DNA of 63,607 nucleotides, counting the filler, from Phoronis australis (lineage: Eukaryota > Animalia > Phoronida), in the NCBI GenBank assembly GCA_002633005.1. It is 7 parts of 7 records of this genome, joined end to end, with 100 filler letters (N's around TTAATTAATTAA, not from the genome) between each part and the next. Parts side by side here need not be neighbours in the genome. Positions count along the whole stretch, not along the records: positions 1 to 15,698 come from NMRA01001525.1; 6 more parts are not named here. The stretch is one strand, 5' to 3'. The notes under the pieces are model-generated. The model saw only the letters and a program-made list of their open reading frames with translations, made no database searches and was not told the DNA's origin. This document shows positions 1 through 10,745 of this stretch, one piece after another (position 1 is the stretch's first letter; each line of letters begins with the position of its first letter). The translations under genes were made by a program, and so were the position numbers.

Positions 1-963
1 AATGACACAAGTTATGTGATAAGGCATTCCAAGTTAATTATGCAAAATTGAAACTTCATAGTGCAATTACCTTCTTTTTTTCTTGCCACCTTGTCATGAT
101 TGCGTGCCAACTCCAAGTTTTCGAAGACCTCCGCCAGTTCAGCCTCCTGCAATCAGTTATTAAACCCCTTTGTTAGTACCTTTTTTGTTGATCACAACGG
201 TTCTAAGTTCAAAATTAAGAAACATTGTGTGCTACCTATGTAGTGAATTAATTCAACATAAGCTTAAATCACATGGATGAAACCATACTATCCATTTAAT
301 TTGACTTTTTAAAAGTGTTGGCGTCTGATAGAAAGTCAGATTGTTTATGATGCATGTGTTGCATTGTGTAATTCATGCGTTATTGGTCCGTTAATGCAAT
401 GTTACGCGGGACCGAAAGTTTATATAAAAATACATTGTTCATGACGTGCATTTGGTGCGATGTGTTAAGGCAAGGAAAATGCAATGATGTATCATGGTTT
501 TACTCATGCTGAAGTTTTATACCTTTCATCAAATATGGAAACTGTATGTATGCAATGTTCATTTGTCGTATATGACTCGTGCACGTGAAGTTGCTCCCTC
601 AGGGTGTTAACCTGATTGACCATTCAGGTAAGCCCCCTCCCCAACTTTGGTTTATGATCTCCTATGATTGGCTTAAAAAGGCATGGAATGAGAAATATAG
701 TCAAGAATATCTTTAAAACAATTCCTGACAAAAGTACTTGCAACTTCTTACAGAGTTATTCACTTCATCCTGTGAGGCACACTCCGTAGTCCTCTTGGTG
801 TCGTCATCCTCATCAGAAGATTCGTAGGGTGAAGACAAAAAGTAAAATTCTGTCAATGAAAGAGCATTTGTAAAAGCAATAACTGAGTGACTGTATACCT
901 GAAACATCAGTGATAAGACAGTTCTGTACCCAAAAACTTTTAAATCCTGTAGACAACCACGTA

Positions 964-3900
964 CAGCACACATCACGAATTTTTGGCCGACCGGTCGGAA
1001 ATTGGTCGACGGCCGGCCGTCGACCGGTCGGCAAATTTGCCGACCGGTCGGCTAAAAATTAGCCGACCGGCAGCCGCCCGCAGTGCCGACTCATAAGGCG
1101 ACTCCCCAGCCGACCCTTCAGCCGACCCTTCAGCTGACCGGCCATCAGCCGACCAGGTGGTCGGCTGCTATTTTTAGGCTACAGTACCAGTTGCGTAATA
1201 GGTTGTCAGGCTGATACCACTTTGCGTGTCGATGCATATTCGTCTTAGCACAGGGTCAAATAAATTAACCTAGTTCCACTGTCTCCGTTGCATGAGTTTA
1301 CATCGGTTGTGTACAATAATTCGAAGGTTGAAGGCCAGTGGTAATATTATTGGATTATGGACAGTGCTACAAGTTTTGGTTAAAAGACGTGAATGTTTTC
1401 TTTACATTTGACCTTTAATTTCAATCGTGACGTTAACAAGCTGCATTAGATTGGCTGCTTCCTGGTCAATACAACTCTGTAGTCATTTTGTAAATGTAGC
1501 TATTTTTGACACTCTTCGCCCACAATTGTTTTTTGTTTGTGATACGCAGTACTGCATCTTTTTGCGTTTTTAAAATTCTCCACGGTACTCCTATCACGTG
1601 CCCATGATGATGGGATAGTGACTGAGTTGTTACACCGCGAAGAGCTCTCACTCCGGGGTTTTTATTTCCATATGATTAACCCTTGCCGTACAGAAGCAAA
1701 CTTCACGGTCCAGAATGCCCTAAGCCCACGGACTTCGATGACTCTAAGTTCATCATAGGGTTACGATTTCCACGAAGTTGGACAGCGACATCAAACACGG
1801 AATAGCCAATAACCAATTCTAGCTTTGTGCATTCCGTTTTTAGGGCATCGGTGACGTTAAAATCAGCGCTAGTTACATGTATCAGTTCTTCGTTCACGTT
1901 GTTCCAAAAATAAATATTTTCTGTCAACAACATATTGACAAATTATGTATAATAAAACAATTCTGAACGGGAAGATACGTGGTGAAAAGGTATTTGTCTC
2001 AACAAGGCATATGTGCGTTAATATTTTTAAAGCGATTGCGATGTCGAAAAAATGATAAAAAATAAACCATTGTGCAGAATAACTCTTCTGTGCTCGGCTG
2101 TAAGAAGACCTACAACAACTTTTTGAAACTGCGCTCAATTAAAAAAATTCCGGTATGAGGGCGCTTCATAAGAAATGCCAAGCACATACCGCGTTAAAAG
2201 ACAGCGACGTTGGCGTTTCCGGATGTCCACAAAAGTGCTTTGAGCAGAGTGTACAAATCTGTTCATTTCGCTTTTCTACAGTGACGAATACGCCCAACAC
2301 GGTGTTTGAAAAAAGTCCACTTTTGAGGGCGTTTTCAAAAATTAATATGTTTTTTTGATTCATTCAGCTCAGAGTGTCGGTGCCCATTTCTTACATCAAA
2401 TGTACGCGTGGGCAGAAAACGCATCTGCGTAAAGAAAGAGATGCGTTTTCAAAACTTTCAGAGCCGTGTGTTGTCAGGACCCTACATTAATAAACATTAG
2501 GCCAAGTACAACGCACGTCTTCAAAATTTAGATAAACAAAGTTTACGGCAAACTGATTACAGGGTTACTGACTCGGAGCACGTTCTTAGGCATACGTATA
2601 TTGTAATATCGGTTGAATTATACGTTATAACTGCGAATAACACGTACGCGAACAATAAGCCATTCACATTTATATCTGATCACAACTCTCCCCCTGCTTT
2701 GAAAACAAACAATCGTGTAGATAATATTCGGAAATAACCAGAACTAAAATGATAGGACAAACACTACATACCATACTCCAGATTCTACATTCGAAGACCG
2801 CTTTTGTGATAAAGAAACTCCCAACAGAAGAAGTTTATAATGACATGTCAATAAATATAACTTTTATGAGTAGTTATGACTATGAAAAATGAGTAGTTGT
2901 GGCTTCTTTTGAAATAGCGTATCGTTTGTAGATGCCTGGTGTAGGTGTCTCAGTGTGATGTTATGTAAGCCTTATTATCCCCTAAGGCTCAACAACTATC
3001 TAATGTCGTTCTGGCATGTAATAGANGAGTAGTTGTGGCTTCTTTTGAAATAGCGTATCGTTTGTAGATGCCTGGTGTAGGTGGCTCAGTGTGATGTTAT
3101 GTGAGCCTTATTATCCCCTAAGGCTCAACAACTATCTAATGTCGTTCTGGCATGTAATAGAGGTACTCCCATGATCATCAAGCAATTGTCTGTTTGTATT
3201 CTAATCGGGTGTGCTTCGAATGTACAATTAGCAATCATACTTTTGAAGTGGTTCATAACAAACGGATTCATTAAACCCGGTAAATATTTTTTCAACTACC
3301 TAGTATCTGCATATTAGGCATGCATATTACTTCATACCTCATCACAGTAAAACTTGTTATCAATCACACTACAAACAATTATCTTTATCATTGCCACAAG
3401 ACGTTGACAAAAGCGGTCAGTGTCTGTAACTGTAGTGTCTACATTGCTGATCAATAAATATCGGTCATATTTAATTTTTAGTACACTGATTCATGCCAAT
3501 GGTTTGAAATCGCGTCCCTTAAGATTTTTGACTTGCATTGGTGATCACTAGAATCGATGCAATAAACTTACAGTATACAAGTTGTTTTTTAACCTGTGTC
3601 ATAGAACTGAAAATTGCGTGCGCTTTCGTTTGCCAGTGTTCTTTTTGAATCACTGGGTTAGTCATTTTTACGTTCTACATGAAAACGCAAACTACCTTCT
3701 TTAGGATTACATGCTACGAGTTACCCCGAAAACATTATTTTCAAAGTTTTACGCCTTGGAGTAGACGCGAAACTCTAAGTATTGTGTTCTTACTCCAAAG
3801 GGCTCGGCCTTGGTGCGAAGCTGTTTACTAAAATAATATACAACTTTGCGCCGTTTTGGGTAAAACTTACAGAAAGTAGTTTTCGTTGAGTAATCCAAAT

Positions 3901-5422
3901 TACTTACCGGCGTTGCAAAAATTTCTTTTCTACAATTATTCTCCACCTAAAATTGTGGTGTGATCTTTTGTATCGACTTTCGGCGCAATGAAATATTGCG
4001 TCACTTATTAGCCAGTTTCTTTTTCCCAGATTCTTCAATCAAACGTTCTCCCTCGAGGTTGCGTAAACGTCACAACAAATGATCAGAATTGGTTTCCTTT
4101 CATTATGTGTTTATGGAATTTGATATCTGTAAACCAAATTTTAGAACAAATTTTGCTGCGATGTTGTCATCATCTAATGGGAGATGTCGAAAAACTTCTG
4201 AAAGTGGCGCGTGTCACGAATGTACTACTTTCAAAACGACGACATACATTCTTCGTTACCAATGCAGAGAATTACGCACGAAAATGACGTCGGATATTTT
4301 TCGCTTAAACGGCAGTAACGGGCAAGGTGAATGTTAATTGATTTTGCATGCAACCCCGTCGGTTATTAGCTCATGTTGATGCAAGCTTCACGACGAGGTG
4401 ATGAGCGTAACTATTCGGGCTGTGTGCAATTTCGATGTATGTCAGTGCTCACTACACAGTGGCATCTTGTTGTATTTTGACTATAGTCTTCTTAGAGCTA
4501 GCTGGCTAGATAGGAAGGTTCGAGCTTCGAAACAATTTTTTACTCCGAAAGTGACAACAAATTCAGAATAATGATGGATCATGGATGAAAATATAAGCGA
4601 TCGCATTCTTCCGTTTTCATGCGCCCATGATCTTAATCTTGGAGTCAGCGCTATGTTAAAACCATTGTTTATGTTGTTCTTAAAATAAACTTTTGTTCTA
4701 ATGCTGTACTGACATATTAAGAAATTATACAAAAATAAACAAAAATTGTCTGTGGTAAAGCGCATTATACAGCGTGATGAAGTGATGATCAAGAGCAATA
4801 ACAGATGAGCGCGAATAAGTGCTGCGTGTTAAGCATTCCGCGGCATGATAACACTTGAGGTCGTAAAACAGCCAGCGTTGTACTCTGAAATTTGGCAATT
4901 TTACTGTAAAATTTCAAATTTCTTTCTTATTTTTATGCATAATATACTCTATAAAAAGTATCATGCTAAGAGACACAAATTATGCTTCCGCAGTATCACT
5001 TAACGTTTGATTTTATCACGCCGTCAGTAATTCAACATAAAATTTATGTTGGTGTAATGTCACATATTTGTAGGTTGGGTCGATTTTAACACCTTTCAAT
5101 AGTTGAACATAAGTTGATAAACCGATGTCAAGACCGGAGTTGCCGCTGCTGAACGAACAGCGAACTGTTCAATGTTTGTTTGGCCAAAGTTCACCCGCTA
5201 AGTCATAAAATGGTAATTGCCGACCAAGGACACGCTTAATCCGAATTGGTCGTCTACGCTAGGCGACCATTTAGCCGACCCCAGTGCCGACCACAGAGGC
5301 GACTCAGCAGACGGCTCCTAGCCGACCGTTGTTGGTCGGCTGCTGGTCGGCTAGACGACCGGTCGACGGCCGGTCGTCGACCAATTTCCGACCGGTCGGC
5401 CAAAAATTCGTGATGTGTGCTG
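964..5422. mobile_element. ~4.46-kb non-autonomous TIR DNA transposon (TA target duplication, CAG termini, GCCGACC subterminal repeats)
   Basis: 67-bp terminal inverted repeats 964-1030 and 5356-5422 with 1 mismatch (CAGCACACATCACGAATTTTTGGCCGACCGGTCGG...). TA at 962-963 and 5423-5424. Many GCCGACC copies at ~985-1165 and ~5220-5400. No transposase-sized ORF inside. Confidence 0.85.
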
Positions 5423-5786
5423 TACCATGGCTCCCCTTGTTAGTTTTTGAATGCTCAAGTTGATAATCTTGAAACCGCTTAATGGATCACAATGACATTT
5501 GGCATAGAAGTAGATGGCTGGTATGCATCGGCACCAGCCAATTTTCGGACAGATTTGGGTACCATAGCACCCCCCTGTTGGCCTTTTTAGTTTTTGACAA
5601 GACAGGTTGATTATCTCAAAAACTGCATTTTATATTTCAACCTAATTAAAAATTATGGGTCGTGGGTTGCAGAACTAAAAGAAAAATATGGGTAGTGGAT
5701 CAGAAATGAAAGTCCCTTGCCCCCCCCAAACATTTTTTACTGGAACAGCCCTCGGGAAAACTCTGGACTAAATTAGACCTACTTAC

Positions 5787-5869
5787 GCTTCACAGATTTT
5801 TTTACACTTGGCTTTCAATCGGTCTCCTTGGAAAAATAGAACAAAGACAGTCTTTTTCACCATTTCACC
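5787..5869 (-). CDS. ATP6V0A: V-ATPase V0 subunit a, 83-nt exon (GEMVKKTVFVLFFQGDRLKAKCKKICEA)
   Basis: TAG acceptor, GTAAGT donor; matches the conserved K.VF..FFQGD.LK....KICE motif. Confidence 0.95.
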
Positions 5870-6797
5870 CTAAAAAGTCAATAATGCTAAATAGAATATG
5901 ACAGTATAAGTACAACAAATTACAACTTCCAGACTAAATGCGGGGTGATTAAGTTTGAATGTACAGGTGCCACAAAATTCACTCATTTAACAAAGATTTT
6001 TGACTAACCTGCTTACACTAACTCTAATTGATTAAAAGTGAACCGAAGCACTGCGTGCACAAACATTTTTCTAATCCCAAATACAGAAAACATGTCACCA
6101 GCTGCAAGATACTGTTGTTACAGTGGTAAAGACACACATGAGTACTGCTAGAGTGCAAGGGATTACAGAAACTGCCTATACCATAGAAGCAAACACAAGG
6201 GAGCTCTGTTAGCAAAAGCTTCGAGAATTTGAAAAGGGACTCTTTCTGGATATTTTTGTAGGCTTGGAACGGGGCACATGTAAGTAAAATGTGGGCGGAA
6301 CAAATTTCCCAGTTTCTGATTTGTTAAAATTCATTAAGTTTATTCCATCATCAAACCTCATTAAGCTGAACTTCCAATAAAATGAACCTTAGCTGCTACA
6401 GAACTGTAAAACCATGACCCATCAACTCACTGTAGCTAGCAACGGAAGGTTCCAAACCAGAAACACCACTTTTTCCAAAACCAGGCACCTATTGTTTTGT
6501 TGGACAAAAAATAACTTAAGAATAATGGACTTGTTTGAAGAGCAGTACTTAAAGCTGGCGTTTTGCCTTGTTTAGCAATTTTCGAGTTGTCCAACCCCCA
6601 TAAACTCTGAAACCTTTTCTCGAGTCCCCGATGATTTCGATAACCCTGTTGGTGATTGAAAAAGAATCCTATCATGATAAGGAATATTATGGAACAGATT
6701 TCAATGGAGTTAATAACCTCAGTGAGCAAAACAGGGTGAAATGTAGCTTCAAAGCTGGAAGATATTTACAAACAAAGGCATATAGTATTACACATAC

Positions 6798-6924
6798 AGT
6801 GTGAGGTTCCTCCAGAGCTTCTGCTATTTCCATTTGCCGGAGAAAGACATTGCCACGGCAGGCGAACCACAGGAGGCGCTCAAAACCATACAGACGCTCG
6901 TTGGCTATAACACCCGACAGAAAC
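6798..6924 (-). CDS. ATP6V0A: V-ATPase V0 subunit a, 127-nt exon (FLSGVIANERLYGFERLLWFACRGNVFLRQMEIAEALEEPHT)
   Basis: CAG acceptor, GTATGT donor; hallmark FER.LW..CRGNVFLRQ motif. Confidence 0.96.
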
Positions 6925-7788
6925 CTGTGAAAAGGTACTAAACTGGAGCAAGACTCACTTTTAACAAAAGACCAACCCTCGTCAACTCTCAAAAGTTTGG
7001 AGAAAGGTTGTAAATTCCCTGCAAAGTTAGTTTTATTAGCAAGTTAGTGTGACTAACACTTTAGACTAGTTGATTGGCGCTTGTGTGGAAAGACCACTGT
7101 GACGCAATGACAATTTGTAGTGTCGCTTTGTGTCACCAAAACGTACCCATCAACCAATAGTATATGACGAACACAGTTTTGGTGAAACTAGCAAATCAGG
7201 GTTTAGTAACCTTTAAGAGTCGTGTTCAATTCAATAAGCACTTTCAACACCACCAGCACCTCTGTCAACAAACAGTAAGCAGTCAGTTCAGCATATGACA
7301 TGGGAAGTTTCTAAGCACAGTGAGAAGCCCTGCTCCAAGTCACATTACTGGGATATTGTACTGTAGTTTTCAAAATAAATTAGACAGAACTCTAATTTGG
7401 ATAAACCTCTTGCCAGAATTATTCCTCAGTTCAATCGAATTGCAATTCAATCAAACTTCTGTCAAAATGGTGTTATTGAAAGTAATGTAATGTTATTGTG
7501 ACTAGGCAATAGTTATTTAATATGTAATGGACTTGCACAGCAAGTTCTCACCATTTCAACAACATGTATGGAGCAACACCTGTTGCGAATTTGTCGACAT
7601 TTAGACATAACTGAAATGGATTCTAGTGTCACTGAAAAATAAATTGATATTTTGATGTGGTTTCATTTGGCCAAATTTTGTTGAATTATGAAGAATTATG
7701 ATGTAGTCTATTTTATTTTGAAAACAAATAGCTCATTTTTCCATGAGTCAGAGTTCTTACATGATCTAGAGAACTATCCAAAATTTAC

Positions 7789-7880
7789 CCAAAGTTTGAT
7801 GTCCGATCCCTTATGTTGTCCATGGGTATGTCATTCTGCACATTAATCTGTGACAGAGTAACATCAGCACTGCCGTTCTG
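7789..7880 (-). CDS. ATP6V0A: V-ATPase V0 subunit a, variable linker exon, 92 nt (QNGSADVTLSQINVQNDIPMDNIRDRTSNFG)
   Basis: CAGCAG acceptor and GTAAAT donor; phase 0 to 2 joins the flanking exons in frame; ends in the Gly that precedes F..GVI. Confidence 0.8.
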
Positions 7881-8363
7881 CTGCAACAGGAAGACAAATG
7901 GTGCGTCATAATTAGACAAAGTGCAGAGAGCAAATTTTAAAAAAATTCTTTCTAACAATTAGAATTCCTCAGCCTTGCCATACGTGGACACCTCACCTAC
8001 ATTTTGGGTCACATGCGGACGGATGGAAAAAAAGAGACAAAATGGCAAGACCACTTTACACCATTAAACATAACTTACAAAACTGTGCAGACATCATTAA
8101 ACAAGACGTGAAATTACAAAAATTTCTAGCAATGCAGAGAAGTATAGATAACCTGAATACATGGAATGTCAAAAAACTGCATTAAAATTTGACGAAACCA
8201 TTACTCACCNTTACACCATTAAACATAACTTACAAAACTGTGCAGACATCATTAAACAAGACGTGAAATTACAAAAATTTCTAGCAGTGCAGAGAAGTAT
8301 AGATAACCTGAATACATGGAATGTCAAAAAACTGCATTAAAATTTGACGAAACCATTACTCAC

Positions 8364-8492
8364 CTCATTAAAGAACAACCCTGCCTTTCGAAGTACCTCT
8401 TGCACTTCAATCAACTCCAACTGGTTCCGCTTTAGTGCCTCGTTGCTAGCGCTTACCTCTCGGAACATTATCTCACACTTTACGAGTTCTGC
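8364..8492 (-). CDS. ATP6V0A: V-ATPase V0 subunit a, 129-nt exon (AELVKCEIMFREVSASNEALKRNQLELIEVQEVLRKAGLFFNE)
   Basis: CAG/GTGAGT splice sites; EALKRN.LEL.E...LRK...FF.E motif. Confidence 0.95.
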
Positions 8493-9332
8493 CTGAAGAA
8501 ATTGAACTGTGTATAGATGGGAGGTCACGAATCGCACATCAGCAGTAAGCTGAACCTCAAAGATGGTGACATCTGGAGACAATTACACACAGCGTGCAGG
8601 AAGCCAAAAGTTGTAACTAAACTATTTCAATATGTCAAAAATAGATGCAGAGAAATTTTACGAAGTCATCAAAAAGTTATCAAAATCTTGACAAAATCTT
8701 CTGGTGGTGAGAAAAATCAAGTCTAAATACTTCAAATTGGTCCAATAAGCATTGCAATCAAGCAGGGTATAGCAAACACTTGAGGTACAAATCGTTCACT
8801 GCAACAGAGGTTAACTGTAACAAAATGATCTGTCTTGGTTAAAGCACAGCTGCCTTAGCACTTGTGCAATGGAATGTTACAGCTGAGTGAACAACAGGTT
8901 AGTTGTAACTGAATGTAGTGTGGTTGAAAAGAAATTCACAAAAAGCTGCAAGATGACAAAAATTGAAAGAAAAGTAAGAGGAACTGCCAAAGATTTTGCT
9001 ATTTCCAGAGATGAGGTGAAATAATCATTTTAAATCCTATGACACCAGAGTTCAGTCGCGGTCACTCAATCAGTCACTAAAAGTTATTTTCTTAAATGAT
9101 TACTGCATTTCTCCTGAGCTGTTCAAGCCTCATCTTTTGGAAGAAAACAGACAATCACAATACAACACAAACTTCAGATCAGACTAGCTACACCTCGCAC
9201 AGATCGAAATTCTAAATGCACAGCCATACTGCAAAGGGTCAGCAATACTGAGTGGTCAGAGGGTAACACACGACAGGTGACCACAACTTCATGGAATCTT
9301 GATTTTTGTGACCAAAACAGCCACCAGCATAC

Positions 9333-9430
9333 CTCTAATTTGCTGAAATCCTTGGGCAGAGGTGCAGCTGGCATGCACTGTATGGTGGGAATGACTATGC
9401 CTGCTTTACTGATCTCCTTTTCCAAGAAAC
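9333..9430 (-). CDS. ATP6V0A: V-ATPase V0 subunit a, 98-nt exon (FLEKEISKAGIVIPTIQCMPAAPLPKDFSKLE)
   Basis: CAG/GTATGC splice sites; F.EKEI.KA...P..P.P.D...LE motif; phases consistent. Confidence 0.93.
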
Positions 9431-9455
9431 CTGGAAAGATGATGTTGACATTTAA

Positions 9456-9653
9456 GTACTAGTCCACAAGAGCACCAGCCATCTAGCGGCAAGGGGGGGG
9501 GGGTCAGCCGATTTTCACCAAATTTGGCACACAGGTAGTCCTATGGGATCTATAAACAGTGGTAAAATATCTCCTAACATGGATCTGAATGGCTGACCCT
9601 CCACCTTGCCGCTTGTTGGCTGTACTGGGGTCGGTGGATCCGTGGACTGATAC
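9456..9653. mobile_element. ~200-bp MITE flanked by TTAA
   Basis: Termini GTACTAGTCCAC...GTGGACTGATAC, TTAA on both sides; partial second copy in opposite orientation at ~31755-31835. Confidence 0.7.
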
Positions 9654-10214
9654 TTAATACATCCAGCTGTGATGAACATTCGTGTCGTGTGTAACTATTG
9701 CGATTCTTAATCATCTGCTGAGGCTGAAGTGAAATTTTGTTTTAACAATAACATTCATCTTATTTTCGAAAAGAACAGTGCATCGTAATATAGTTTGGTG
9801 GAATGTGAAAATGCTCTTTTCGACAGTGAAATGTTGCAGCAGGCATTTCTTAGTTCCTAAATTTTGTTCATAATGATTAACAGGTTCTGATTACCTACTA
9901 AAGTTTTCTTGATTAAGTTGAGATGTTGCCATTTCTAACGAATCTGTATTTTGTTTTCAATTAGAAATCTCAGACCAGATGTAGTCAACAAAACGTAACA
10001 AAAAATATCATAGTTAGGAAAAGGAAAAGCTTGTTATTATTATATGGCCACCAACACTCCTGTACTTTGACTGGCCAAAATGCAGTTGGGGAACAATATA
10101 ACTTTTCAATCATGCCGCCAGGACACCAGATGTCGATATTTGTGATCTGACAATTAAATGCGGTAATTCGACACTCATTAGTGTTTGTCGGCAGTTCCAT
10201 AGGAATACACTTAC

Positions 10215-10293
10215 GTAAAATTCTTTCCATTTCTTCACTTCTTCGAATCTGGTTGATAAAACGCCGTTTGAATGCGTTTGTTTCAGCATTCAA
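10215..10293 (-). CDS. ATP6V0A: V-ATPase V0 subunit a, 79-nt exon (LNAETNAFKRRFINQIRRSEEMERILR)
   Basis: CAG/GTAAGT splice sites; LN...N.F.R.F.N..RR.EEM.R.LR motif. The upstream coding exon (FRSE.M...QFRD) was not found in the window. Confidence 0.95.
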
Positions 10294-10566
10294 CTGCAAA
10301 GAGATCAAGCAACGAGGTGACATTATTAGTTGAAAAATGTCATGTAAGAAGAGAAATGGGACTACTGCCACATCTATCCAAAAGCTATTTTAGACAGTCG
10401 GATATAACGTACCCATATTTTGAGAACCAGTTTGATGCCCGTTATTCAGTGGAGAAAACTGGTTCTCAAAATAAAGGCAAGTTATATCCAACCATTACTG
10501 CTTTTTGCAACAGCTGGATGTGTTCAGAATGGAGTGCATGCATGTATACAGCAGAGGTTCCAAAAA

Positions 10567-10745
10567 TGCAGTTAGGGAAAGGCCTACAGTTAGGGAGGGA
10601 CCTAAAGTTAGGGAGGGACCTACAGTTAGGGAGTGGCCTACAGTTAGGGAATGGTCTACAGTTAGGGATTGGCCTACAGTTAGAAAGTGGTCTATAGTTA
10701 GCGAGTGGCCTTCAGTTAGGCAGTAGCCTACAGTTAGGGATTGGC
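10567..10745 (+). repeat. 18-bp minisatellite (GGCCTACAGTTAGGGAGT-like), ~10 copies
   Basis: Directly visible periodicity; explains the LQLG../GPTVRE pseudo-ORFs. Confidence 0.92.

Noticed and set aside
2891-3161. 135-bp tandem duplication
   Set aside because: Near-identical copies separated by a single N (3026); most likely an unmerged contig or allele overlap
8055-8364. Tandem duplication that copies a V-ATPase donor site
   Set aside because: Single N at 8210 between the copies; assembly artefact, not a duplicated exon
10272-10726. ORFs with LQLG../PTVRE peptide repeats
   Set aside because: By-products of the 18-bp minisatellite, antisense to the V-ATPase gene
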